From the human T2T-CHM13v2.0 reference genome, Homo sapiens, in NCBI RefSeq assembly GCF_009914755.1, contig NC_060929.1: a stretch of 64,000 bases of DNA, one strand, 5' to 3'. The position numbers were made by a program, and so were the translations under genes. The notes under the pieces were generated by a model, which did not search any database, had not been told where the DNA came from, and saw nothing but the letters and a program-made list of their open reading frames with translations. Position 1 is the first letter of the stretch. Each line of letters begins with the position of its first letter. Positions 18,659 to 39,269 of the stretch are shown here, piece by piece.

Positions 18659-20771
18659 AAGAGAGGAAGAATGAAACTAAGAAAATTCTATGTTAATTAC
18701 AACTGCTATATAGACATTTTGTTTCAAATGAAACTTTAAAAGACTGAAAAATTTTGTAAATAGGTTTGATTCTTGTTAGAGGGTTTTTGTTCTGGAAGCC
18801 ATATTTGATAGTATACTTTGTCTTCACTGGTCTTATTTTGGGAGGCACTCTTGATGGTTAGGAAAAAAATAGTAAAGCCAAGTATGTTTGTACAGTATGT
18901 TTTACATGTATTTAAAGTAGCATCCCATCCCAACTTCCTTTAATTATTGCTTGTCTTAAAATAATGAACACTACAGATAGAAAATATGATATATTGCTGT
19001 TATCAATCATTTCTAGATTATAAACTGACTAAACTTACATCAGGGAAAAATTGGTATTTATGCAAAAAAAAAATGTTTTTGTCCTTGTGAGTCCATCTAA
19101 CATCATAATTAATCATGTGGCTGTGAAATTCACAGTAATATGGTTCCCGATGAACAAGTTTACCCAGCCTGCTTTGCTTTACTGCATGAATGAAACTGAT
19201 GGTTCAATTTCAGAAGTAATGATTAACAGTTATGTGGTCACATGATGTGCATAGAGATAGCTACAGTGTAATAATTTACACTATTTTGTGCTCCAAACAA
19301 AACAAAAATCTGTGTAACTGTAAAACATTGAATGAAACTATTTTACCTGAACTAGATTTTATCTGAAAGTAGGTAGAATTTTTGCTATGCTGTAATTTGT
19401 TGTATATTCTGGTATTTGAGGTGAGATGGCTGCTCTTTTATTAATGAGACATGAATTGTGTCTCAACAGAAACTAAATGAACATTTCAGAATAAATTATT
19501 GCTGTATGTAAACTGTTACTGAAATTGGTATTTGTTTGAAGGGTCTTGTTTCACATTTGTATTAATAATTGTTTAAAATGCCTCTTTTAAAAGCTTATAT
19601 AAATTTTTTTCTTCAGCTTCTATGCATTAAGAGTAAAATTCCTCTTACTGTAATAAAAACAATTGAAGAAGACTGTTGCCACTTAACCATTCCATGCGTT
19701 GGCACTTATCTATTCCTGAAATTTCTTTTATGTGATTAGCTCATCTTGATTTTTAACATTTTTCCACTTAAACTTTTTTTTCTTACTCCACTGGAGCTCA
19801 GTAAAAGTAAATTCATGTAATAGCAATGCAAGCAGCCTAGCACAGACTAAGCATTGAGCATAATAGGCCCACATAATTTCCTCTTTCTTAATATTATAGA
19901 ATTCTGTACTTGAAATTGATTCTTAGACATTGCAGTCTCTTCGAGGCTTTACAGTGTAAACTGTCTTGCCCCTTCATCTTCTTGTTGCAACTGGGTCTGA
20001 CATGAACACTTTTTATCACCCTGTATGTTAGGGCAAGATCTCAGCAGTGAAGTATAATCAGCACTTTGCCATGCTCAGAAAATTCAAATCACATGGAACT
20101 TTAGAGGTAGATTTAATACGATTAAGATATTCAGAAGTATATTTTAGAATCCCTGCCTGTTAAGGAAACTTTATTTGTGGTAGGTACAGTTCTGGGGTAC
20201 ATGTTAAGTGTCCCGTTATACAGTGGAGGGAAGTCTTCCTTCCTGAAGGAAAATAAACTGACACTTATTAACTAAGATAATTTACTTAATATATCTTCCC
20301 TGATTTGTTTTAAAAGATCAGAGGGTGACTGATGATACATGCATACATATTTGTTGAATAAATGAAAATTTATTTTTAGTGATAAGATTCATACACTCTG
20401 TATTTGGGGAGAGAAAACCTTTTTAAGCATGGTGGGGCACTCAGATAGGAGTGAATACACCTACCTGGTGCCTTGAAAATCACATCAAGTAGTTAATTAT
20501 CTACCCCTTACCTGTGTTTATAACTTCCAGGTAATGAGAATGATTTTTTTTAAAGCTAAAATGCCAGTAAATAAAAGTGCTATGACTTGAGCTAAGATAT
20601 TTGACTCCAATGCCTGTACTGTGTCTACTGCACCACTTTGTAAACACTTCAATTTACTATCTTTGAAATGATTGACCTTTAAATTTTTGCCAAATGTTAT
20701 CTGAAATTGTCTATGAATACCATCTACTTCTGTTGTTTTCCCAGGCTTCCATAAACAATGGAGATACATGC
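18659..20771 (+). other. APC: APC 3'UTR
   Basis: AT-rich sequence after the stop with no recognisable interspersed repeat; AATAAA at 19490, 19652, 20252, 20357 and 20570; CATAAA at 20750 followed by a U-rich tract. Distal end inferred from recalled transcript length. Confidence 0.8.
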
Positions 20772-23039
20772 ATATAGGTCATACTGGTTTCCTTTCATTT
20801 TTTGATTTTCTATTTCTAATTTTCTGAATTACTGCATGCCAGTTGTTGCAAACCACTTCAAGTACTTCTATGGAAAGAGATGGATGTTAGTCAATTAGAT
20901 AAACTTGCCTTTTAATTCAAATAAGGAAGAAAATATAAATGCTGAAAATGAAGAGTTCATTCCACATGCCAGAAAAGTGGAATTTTTGTAGGCAACACTT
21001 GAGTGGGGGGAGACGGGCCAGTCTATACTACCCATTGAAGTAAAGACTGCTGGATGAGGCCCTCTGTTAGAGTTAGTGGTTCTGAATTAGTAAAGGGGCA
21101 AATCTCAATTCTAATTATAGATGTTCACAGGGTGCTGCTATAATCGATAGCAGGCCAAATATTCCCAGTTTATGCTTGTTAACAAATGGCATACTAAGCC
21201 CAGCGTGGGAATTAGTCAAGAGTTACGATGCCTGTTTAGAGAGGAGTGGGGGAGGGAGAGTTACCTAACGTAAGGCACTTCAAAGGAGTGCGTTGGGATC
21301 ACCAGGAGTGCTTAACAAGACATAGCTGGGCCATACCCCCAGTTTGATTCAGGATGTTTGGAATGGGGCCTAAGAACTTGCATATCTAACAAGTTCAAAG
21401 GTGAGGCTAATGCTGCTGGTCTGGAGACCACACTTTTTGAGAATTACTGCCCTAAGATCACAGTGAAGCTCCTTGAGTGGTTGCCTTCAGCTCTAGCGAT
21501 TCCTCCCAACAACTGGACCCTTAATCTGACGAAGTATAGCAACAGATAAAAGACTTCCCCTAGGCATAAAAGATTTCAATATTAAGCCATCCAATTTCAT
21601 AATGCTCATCTCAACTCCTGACAGCAGACAAACTTAGCCAGACATGAACAAACAAGTAATTCTAAAGACAGTGATTATATTTGAAGGATCAGTTAATGTT
21701 CCCTTTGAGACTGTCATTATAAAAAGCAGTAACTTCAGCAAAGATCTAATTTGAATTTTCAATAAGATTAAAAGACTATGAAAAGGGAACTTTGAGATGA
21801 GAGAAGGTTGATTTCAGATGAAAATATCCAGTTTTTTAATATACAGTGGAAGTGATCAATAATTAGCAAATAAGATATTTGAGGACAACTTTACAGATTA
21901 CCAGGGTAATGAAAAGGAAGTAATCAAAGATAAGCCCCATAAGGATCAAATAGCACTGTAAGTACAGTAAAATGTTTCTTGATTAAAATATGGATCGTGT
22001 TGCCACAGGTTAATTACATGAAAGAATGAATCTCTTGCAGAGGATGGGAGCCAGTTGCACAATATCTGAATATATGTTATCCCAGGGTTTCTTGGAATCT
22101 AAGGAAAAAAGCAGAGCACCAGAAATGCAAAAAGTAAATTGCCCATAGTTAAAGGAACATCTGAGTAGTCAGATCATTAAAATTTATGAAACAATTATTT
22201 TTCACAAGTCATGGTGGCTGAAATAGAGTGTATAATTTTTTTCCTTTCAAATAAGCGTATTTTCCTCATATTACACTGACTTAAAATTTAAAAATTACTT
22301 TGTAATGTTGAAACCTATAGACTGTGGCTCCTGTAAACCCCAGGTCATTTTCCTGCCATTCTTACAACTCTGTCTAAGATCTATAAAAGTATATTCTGCT
22401 TTTTGTTAGGCCATTCATGCTTTTTTCAACCTGTACATTCTATGTATATAATATTGTTCTTGGTGCTAAATACACTTTCTTTTATCTGATATTCAGGATA
22501 ATTCTTTCTCTACATTTGTGACTATCCACTTATTTTCTCGAATAATTAAAAATATTCAACATAATGTATGTTAGTGAAGGTGACCAATGAATATAAAGCA
22601 GCATTAGTGAAAAATAACTATTGAAAAAAATGCCAAACATTAACTTCCCTACCTACACCACCTTTTGGAATCCAGACCCTTAGCCTCATTCACTGGTCAC
22701 TGAACTACGTACCCAGTCTTTCTCCCTGACCTTGGCTATTTGTACCAGAGTTGTATCTGACCTAGAGGAGACTCATCATCAGCTGGTCAGTGACCAGAGA
22801 CTTGTATAGCACTGCTTGGAAATAAAAAAATGATCAGGCCAATCAATTTGAAATAGTAACAAAGGACATTTCTGGCCGGGTCTTGAGTGCTGGAACTGAA
22901 AGAGCACGCACACAGTTAAGGCTCAAATTACTATGACTGGCATCATGAAGCTTAAACTAAGAGGAAGCCACCTAGTGGAGAAAGAGGAAAAGGGAACAGA
23001 TACTGGGAGGACACATAGTGAGAGAGAGACAAGAATCAC

Positions 23040-27604
<4,565 letters not shown>

Positions 27605-28020
27605 TTATCAGAAACTGGGCAGTGCCTAAGTGGGGACTCTACTCTCAGGAGTTCTTGATGTCCAGAAGTTGCACTGCATTCCCCTAGATGTGGCAAGAAC
27701 ACCTGTCCTCCACTTTGGTATTAACATTTTCCCATAAGATTACCAAACCAGTACTGTTTGTGTTCAAATGCCTTAAGGTATTTTTAATGAAATAGTTTCA
27801 TTAAAACAGATTTTAATGATAGCCTATTCTCCTAACTCAAAATATAGATATGAATCCTCCAGGGTCTGGATATGGAACACATACAAATCTTAGTGACAAA
27901 CACCATGTTGTGCTCTGACAGTTTTCCCCCAGATGGTGACAGTTTTGTCATTGGGTCAAGCTGGTCTTCATAACTCTTAGTTGTTCTAGGGTAAATTCTG
28001 TGTTCTGTGGAATTGACTTC

Positions 28021-28905
28021 TGACAGAATGGTAGAACATATTTCCAAAAATGGCACACTATCTCCCATTCCACGTGCTTTTTTTACAGTACAAATCTATT
28101 GCCCCTCCTTTGAATCTGAGTTGGTCCTGTGATTGCTTTGACCAATAGGATGTGGAGAAAATGATCTTCTGGGACTTCCAAGACCAGGCATTAAAAAAGC
28201 CTAGCAGCTTCTACTTTGCCATCTGCAGGAAACTTGTTAAAACTGTAATGAAGACTTTTCTCAAGACTTTGGCAATTGGGGTATTGCAATAGGGGAAAGG
28301 GATTAGCAGCTAGAGATTTATAGCCAAAGGGGTAAGTGGATGGAAAATTGCTAAGGGAAGACATCAAGGATAGGGTGATCCTTGCTAACCTGACTTAACA
28401 GGTTCTTGCTGTAAGCAGGCCAAAGCCTTTTACATTAAAGGTGGGGGATGAGAAATCTGATTAGATTTCAAGGGTAGGGAAATTCTCACTAAACTTAGCA
28501 GGATTCTTGCTAAAACTAGGTTGGGCTAGACAGGTCAAAGAGAAGACTGGGGCCAAGGTCGAGACCTAGTTGAGAAGAGGATTCAGAGGAGACTGTTTAA
28601 TGTTTGGTCAAGGAGAGAGTCTTTATCAAAGCCCAATCTAACCATATGGAGATGCCACACCACATGGAGATAGAGATATCCAACCAGCCTTCAGCTGTTC
28701 AAGCCATCCCAACTGAGGCAGACATAAACATAAAGTCATTGTGGACTTTCTAGCCCCAGCAGATGCCACATAAAACAGAGACAAGCTGGTCCTGTTTATC
28801 TACCCTACCCAAACTGCACTTTCATGAGCAAATAAATTTTTGTTGTTGTTTTAAAGCAGTAAGTTTTAGAGTGCTTTGTTACACAGCAACAGACAAGTGA
28901 GACAG
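28021..28905. mobile_element. MLT1-type MaLR LTR interrupted by a MER31-type LTR (~28230-28628, minus)
   Basis: tttgaatctgag...gctttgaccaatag and ttgttgttttaaagc...gttacacagcaa (MLT1); reverse complement at 28628 reads TGATAAAGACTCTCTCCTTGACCAAAC (MER31). Confidence 0.65.
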
Positions 28906-29059
28906 GCAGCCATCCCCATTAGCTAACCAAATATGCCCAAGCGTGCCATGAATTTCCCAATAGACTCAACTCAAGCTCAGTCTGGGGTGATCCTGCTATG
29001 GCTGTATGCATATGAGTCTCACTCTTAGACCTGTGAGCAACTTGAACTAGATTCTTCAT

Positions 29060-30560
29060 GTTAGGCTTTTGAAAGTTTAATTATAATGTGTCTTAATGTG
29101 GGTTTTTTTTTTTAGTTAATCTTACTTGGAGTTCACTGAGCTTCCTGGATGTTTATATTAATATCTTTCAACAAATTTGAGAATTTTTCAGCCATTATTT
29201 CTTCAAATATTCTTGCTGTCCTTTCTGTCTCTCTTCTCCTTCTAAAACTCCCACAATGTGTATATTGGTCCACTTGATGGTGTTCCAACAGGTCCCTTAG
29301 AATTTGTTTGCTTTTCTTATTTTTTTTTCTTTTGGTTCCTCAGACTCAGTAATTTCCATTATCTTCAAGTTTGCTCATTCTTCTGTCCGTTCAAAACTGC
29401 CTCTGACTCCCTCTAGTGAATTTTTCATTTTAGTTGCTGTATTTTTTCACCTTCAGAATTTCTTTTTTGTCTTCTTTTTAGATTTTCTGTCTCTTTATTG
29501 TTATTTCCATTTTGTAAATACATGGTTTCCTCAACTTTCTCCACATCCTCCTTTAGTTCTTTGAGCCTCCTTAAGACAGTTGTTTTAAAGTCTCTATCTA
29601 GTAGATCTACCATCAGATCTTTTTCAGAAATAGTTTCTGTCGATATCTTTTATTTACTTTTTCTCTTTTCACCCCTACTCTGAGATTTACCAAGATTTTT
29701 TCTCTTTGAATGAGCCTAATTTTCCTGTTTCTTCGTATGCCTTGTGATTTTTTGTTGAAAACTGGACATTTGAATCCAATGGCACTTGTTTTCAAACCTT
29801 ATTTTTTATAAAACCATCTTCCTTTTCTTCAAACACATGTGCCACTAAATCCAACATATTAACCTTGGTTGAGGCTGCTGGCTGGAGATGGGGTTCACAA
29901 AGACAGAGAAGATCAAGGTAAGCAGGAGATGTGGTAACTCTGGAAATCAAATTCTCCCCTTCCCTGGGTTTTTTGTTTGTTTAATTGTTATAGGCTCTCT
30001 CTGTGCCAAGGTTCAACGTGAGGTGTACACTCGAGGTCTTCTCAGGTTTTTCTGATCCTAGTGTTTTCCTCGGAATGCATAGTTACTTTCTAATTTTCCT
30101 CATATATGCCATTGTTTTTGGATGTCCTAGTCTTTAATGCCTGCCTCCCAAAAGAAAAAAAAAAAGAGAGAGAGAGAAAAATTAAGGAGGAGGGGCACCA
30201 GTCCTTTAAATCCCCTGGAAGTCACTTCAGCTGGAGAGAAGGGGTTTGAACCAATGAGGGGAGGTGCAAAATCCATGACCATCTGCCTCTTTGTCTGCAC
30301 TTATATGATCAGAAGCAGCAATCAATGACCAGTGTACAGATGCCCAGTACTTGGAAGACAGGGTGCTTTTTGCCCACTCTGGGTCCCATAGGCTGTTCCT
30401 GGAATGCGTATACAGCTGACTATCACAGGGCTGGGGATGGGCATGGGTAACTGCTACTGTATTAAGAACTGACACTGACCAAAAATAACTCCAATTTACT
30501 TTTAAATTCTTCCCCTGGAAGTTGCAAGCCTTCAATAGGCTCCATAGTTTCTAAATAGTT
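29060..30560 (-). mobile_element. Ancient L1 5'/ORF1 fragment
   Basis: Minus ORF 29425-29613 (DFKTTVLRRLKELKEDVEK...) resembles the L1 ORF1p coiled coil; T-rich plus strand. Confidence 0.7.
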
Positions 30561-31826
30561 ACATGTCACAGATTCTGCTAATGTAATCATTGTTGTGGTG
30601 GGAAGATGGATTCCTGGTTCTTTCTACTCCACAATGTGCTCAGAATACTCTCTCAATTTCTACTCAACTAAGGAAAATTTCTCTTGTTTACCTTGATCTT
30701 CTCTTTCTACCTTTGTGAACCCTACCTCCAGCCAGCAGCCTCAATCAAGGTTGATAAGTTGAATTTAGTGGCACATTTGTATGAAGAAAAGGAAGATAGT
30801 TTGATAAAAATAAGATTTGAAAACAAGCGCCATAATTCTATAAAGCCCTTTCATCATCTCCACAATTTTTCCATGTCCATTTTCATCCTCCTTTAATTCA
30901 GTCTGCCTTTCCACGAGCATAAGCATTTAAAAACTTCATATTTGGCTGAAACTTTCATTGTCAGTGTGGTAACAATATTGCATTCTTTCTCTCTTCCTCA
31001 CCCCTCCTCTCTGTAGTTGTACAATATCTCAGCAATGGTGTGGAGTTTAATAGGAGTGTGGATTTGGCATTGAATGACACTAAAAAATATTAGCTCTGTC
31101 ATTAATTCTCTTAATTCTCTTAGTATATATGAACCAGGACATGTTACTAGCAATTATAATATTGACCTTTTTGTCTCCAATTACTTAGATGGCTCTACAA
31201 AAACAATTCCATGGTAAGTAGGCTACTTGCATGTATTAAGCCTCAGGCTACCTCATTCATTTTCTACTTTTTAATATGTGTATGCGTACCCTAAGGCAAG
31301 AAAATTATGTATTTTAAAGTTTGGATTCATTTCATCTCTAAATGTACTCCTCAATTTTAGGTCATTGCATGACACTGTTTTAACAGGACTCATATACACT
31401 TTAGAAAGAAGTAAACGTTATTTATTTACATCAGGAGCAAACTTAATTTTGTGCTAAAAAAAAAAAAATACATGGAAGATTGAGAGACATAAGTGAGAAC
31501 ATGAAGGAAAGTCAGGGGCTTCCAGTCAGACTAGCTGACTGGAGCATCTATGCTCAGCCATTATTAGCATGAATGGGCTAATTATTTAACCTCACTGAGA
31601 CTCAAACTTTCATGAAGATTTTTGTTGGTTGAGTTTGGTTTTTCAGTTTGTCTGCTTTTTTATCTGTAAAAGAGAAAACCTATCTCACTTTGCCTGGCTT
31701 TTTGAAGCATGTCTTTGTAGGTGTGGAATAAACATCCATTATTAAAACAGGAACGAAGGTAGGTTTAGTTGAATGGAGATGCTGAAATACTACTTTGCAA
31801 TCAATCTAAGTTATGCAAAAAATATA

Positions 31827-35324
<3,498 letters not shown>

Positions 35325-35619
35325 AAAAGGTGAATAGCTAAGTTTCTAACGCAGAGCACACTGAAACACAACGTCTATAACTTTGCTAGTTCTACCACTA
35401 CAAAAATCCATTTTGCCAAACTGAAAGCAAGCTCTAGAGCCCAGGAACGGAGAAAAATTAAACGTAAGGAGTATTTCCTTCCCTGTCTAACATATATTTG
35501 CATCCTGAACCACACAGATTCCCCTCGTGGCACAGTCTTCGCCCCTTAACAGAGAGTAGCTAGTACCACCCATACTCGCTGAGAAACTGGAAACGAGGGA
35601 GGGTCGAAGTTAAACCCTT

Positions 35620-36200
35620 TTTAGTGGCGGTGCATGCGCCCCACATGGTCTTCCCGGCTTGGGAAAGGAATGAGAAGCTTTCATGATTCTCTCGCGAGAA
35701 GGGAAGTCTTCATGCCACGTCAGAGACTAGAGATCCTGGCGCCGAGCGACAGGTGCCGGAACAAACAGGCGATGAGAAATCGCGGACGCGGCACCATTTC
35801 TTGGGCAGGACTTCCGGCGGAAAAGCGGGCTGTCTCGGAAACTCAGAGCCGGGTTCCTCCCGGGTTTCTGCCGGGTTTCTCCCTGCGGCTCCTGGGTTGT
35901 TGAGACTCTTGTGAAGATGGCTTGCGCTGCCGCGCGGTCCCCGGCCGACCAGGACAGGTGGGTTCTGAGGCGGTGGGTCCTCCGAAAGGAAGGGGCTTGC
36001 TGTGGTGCTGCAGGTGCTACACCGCGCTTCTCCGCTCCGCGGCCTCCAGAATGGCCTAGCTGATCCAACTCGCTCTGTACGGGCCCCGCGCCTCTCCCTG
36101 GCAGCTCGTTTTTCTGAATCCTGCAGCAGCCACCAGGCTCTTCTCAGGGCTCCTGAAATTCCGACCATAGGTAGCCTAGTGTTTATCTGTACGCGAGACA
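35620..36200 (+). promoter_or_regulatory. SRP19: SRP19 CpG-island promoter / exon 1 region
   Basis: High CpG density; NRF1-like GTGCATGCGC 35630-35639, TCTCGCGAGA palindrome 35690-35699, TGCCACGTCA 35713-35722, ETS ACTTCCGG 35810-35817, YY1-like AAGATGGC over the ATG. Confidence 0.9.
35917..35957 (+). CDS. SRP19: SRP19 exon 1 coding part (signal recognition particle 19 kDa protein)
   Basis: aagATGGCT...GACAG|gtgggt; MACAAARSPADQD(R); 41 nt. Confidence 0.96.
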
Positions 36201-36580
36201 AGGATTTTGGGTGCTACGTGGACATGATATCAAGTAATATAATCACAGTGTGAGAAATGTGTTCTTTTTAAGTATTGTTGCGTTCAGAAAGGCTCATTTG
36301 TGAAATTTTAAGGTTTTTAATACCTCGGACACTTTATATAAGAGGGCGGGCCCATTCTCAGGAACTTTTGACGGGCTGCTCTGTCTAATGTAACAGTTAC
36401 CCAAGTCGTTTTGTTTCTATTCCTGTGGTTTTTTTCCATCCAAGGTAGTGGATAAAGTTTATTTTTAAATAAGTTAAAGGGAGGTAATTTAAAGAAATAA
36501 CATTAAGCAAATAATAGCATAGGTGTACCAGCAATGATGACGACTACCACGGACCGAAAGAATGTATTTTTGAAAATACT

Positions 36581-37003
36581 TGTTATCTGTTGAGTGTAGT
36601 TGTCCAGGTTCTTGGCGTTTTGAATAAGGAATTGAACAAAACACACAAAGCAAGGCAGCGAAAGCAGATTTATTTTAAACAAAAGTACACTCCACAGGGT
36701 GGGAGCCGGCTCCAGCAAGCTACCCAAGAGCTGTTGGTTACAGAATTTTCTAGGGTTTAAATACCCTCTAGACGTTTCCCATTGACCTGTGCCAGTCTGA
36801 TTGGTTGAGGGAGGGGGATCAATCAGAATGAGGAGTAGGCCCGCGGCCAGTCTGATTGGTTGCTCGAGGGGACCACTCCGAGGTACTTTGATTTTTCAAC
36901 TGCCACGCAGAAAAAGGGGTTGAAAAGGGAGTACCCATCTGATATCTAGGCAGCATGAATTGGCCTTTGGTTCCCTGCCACCCGACCCTTTTCTCCTGCC
37001 TCT
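36581..37003 (-). mobile_element. MER61-type ERV1 solo LTR in SRP19 intron 1
   Basis: Reverse complement starts GAGGCAGGAGAAAAGGGTCGGGTGGCAGGGAACCAAAGGCC (MER61-like); 4-bp TSD TACT at 36577-80 and 37004-07. Confidence 0.8.
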
Positions 37004-37044
37004 TACTGCTCTAGTGATACCACTTATGCTATTGTCTATGGCAG

Positions 37045-37120
37045 GTTTATTTGTATCTATCCTGCTTATTTAAATAATAAGAAGACCATCGCAGAGGGAA
37101 GGCGAATCCCCATAAGTAAG
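37045..37120 (+). CDS. SRP19: SRP19 exon 2
   Basis: ggcag|GTTTATT...AGTAAG|gtaagc; 76 nt; FICIYPAYLNNKKTIAEGRRIPISK (conserved YP and GRR motifs). Confidence 0.97.
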
Positions 37121-37894
37121 GTAAGCAAGATGGCTGGCACCTTGATCCTCGAGGGAATGGGGGGTGTCATCCTGGTCGGGCCACGTAATCTTGTTAGAGC
37201 CGCAGGGGGTTCTCTTCACTGCATTTATTTAGGGCTTGAGAACACAGCCAAGAATTGGGGTGCGTTCCTCAGTGTTGGTGAAACCAGAAAGGCATTAATT
37301 CATAGCTGAAGGGATATTTTTTTAACGTCTCTTAATGAGCCTTTGTTTGTAAAGGAGTGGGGGCAGAGTGTAGAGTTCACATGTTTTTAAAACAAAGGTT
37401 ATGACGGTGTTTCCCTTGATATAGGAAATCAAAATTATGACATTGTACGATACATTAATAATGTTCAGAATGTAGTTGAGATTTTTTTAAGTGTGTGAAG
37501 AAGACATGCAGAAAGTTCAGCCCTGTTGAGTTTTATTAAAGTGTCATTTGTATTTTGTAATATGACAGATTTAAGACACCTAGGTTTGATGCAGTGAATT
37601 CTCCCATGATGAGTACATCTGGGTGGTAACAAGCACTCAAAAAAGAAAACACTACAAGCATCCAGGAAGATTGCTTTATGTTCCCTCTCAGTCACTGTCG
37701 CCTCCGCATATGCTCAAAAATACCAGGATGACCACCGTTATGACTTCAACACCATAGATTACTTTTGCTGCTTTTTCAGTTTTCTGTAAATGGAATTACA
37801 CACTATGTAATTTTGTATCTTTTTTTCACTGAACTTTAAGCTTTTGAGATTTACCTACATATTTGAATGTAGTTGAATTTTCATTGCTCTATAA

Positions 37895-38142
37895 CAGGGT
37901 TTGTCAATAGCAGCACCATTGCCGATTTGAGCTAGATAATTGTTGTTGGGGGTTGTTCTGTGCATTTTAAGATGTTCAGCAGTATCCCTGGCCTCTACCC
38001 ACTAGATGACAGGTCAGCCCCCTCCAGCCCCCCATCCCATAGTTGTGACAATCAAAAATGTCTCCAAGCATTGCTAGATGTCTTTTGTGTGTGGGTAGGG
38101 GTAGGGAGGCTGAGGACAGAATTTCCCTGCTCAAAACTACTG
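37895..38142. mobile_element. MER20 element in SRP19 intron 2
   Basis: CAGGGTTTGTCAA...catccctggcctctacccactagatg...aaaaatgtctccaagcattgc...ACTACTG. Confidence 0.85.
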
Positions 38143-38219
38143 CCCTGTCTCCTCTATAGTATCGCATGGTGTGAGTATGCCAAAGTCTTTTCTACCTTCT
38201 TTTTTGTTTGTTTTTTTAA

Positions 38220-38438
<219 letters not shown>

Positions 38439-38993
38439 TGATCTGCTGGGATTACAGGTGTGAGCCACCACACCTGGCCCTTTCTACTCTGGATGGAAAA
38501 TTGGATTATTTCTATTAATAGTTTGAGGCTATTATAAATAGATGTTTTTTAGAGAACATATTTTTGCTTTTTTGTAGAACGCATCTGGGAATGGAATTGC
38601 AGGGCCATAGAGAATGCATATATTCAGCTTTAGTAGATACTAGCAGTTTTCTAAAGTGTTTGTATGTGTAATTGTTTAAGCAGTCAATAATCATTGAGCA
38701 CCTACTATGTTGAGAGTACCATGCTAGGTGCTGGGGAATACACTGGTTAACAAAACAAAGCCCCTGCCCTCAGAAGTTTATGTTCTGTTGGAGGGGAGAT
38801 GGGCACACAGTTATGCATTAGTGTTATTCCTAGGAATTTTTAAAATTACAATAGAAGCATCTGTACTAAATGAAAAAGGAAACCTAGGGTTTTGGTACTT
38901 GTTTGATTATAGTATTTGAAATTATTTACCCAACACTGTGGCAGTGTCCACTTAAAGCACATATATTTAGTGTTTATGTTTTTAACTGTTCAG

Positions 38994-39065
38994 GCTGTTG
39001 AAAATCCTACAGCTACAGAGATTCAAGATGTATGTTCAGCAGTTGGACTTAACGTATTTCTTGAG
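38994..39065 (+). CDS. SRP19: SRP19 exon 3
   Basis: gttcag|GCTGTT...CTTGAG|gtatga; 72 nt; AVENPTATEIQDVCSAVGLNVFLE. Confidence 0.97.
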
Positions 39066-39157
39066 GTATGACGTGGTTCTTCACTATTTTCCATACTCAT
39101 CTAATTGATGTAATAACTTTCTTAAGTCCTGTTTTTCTTTTGTTTCGTTTATGTTAG

Positions 39158-39269
39158 AAAAATAAAATGTACTCTAGAGAATGGAATCGTGATGTCCAAT
39201 ACAGAGGCAGAGTCCGGGTCCAGCTCAAACAGGAAGATGGGAGCCTCTGCCTTGTACAGTTCCCATCAC
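39158..39269 (+). CDS. SRP19: SRP19 exon 4
   Basis: tgttag|AAAAAT...CATCAC|gtaagc; 112 nt; KNKMYSREWNRDVQYRGRVRVQLKQEDGSLCLVQFPS; preceding intron is only 92 nt. Confidence 0.97.

Noticed and set aside
31361-31410. Possible intergenic exon (ttttag|GTCATT...AGAA|gtaaac) for APC-SRP19 read-through
   Set aside because: Weak donor and no independent support from sequence alone.
35634-36253. ORFs of 83-163 aa over the SRP19 promoter
   Set aside because: Stop-poor GC-rich CpG island; no homology recognised.
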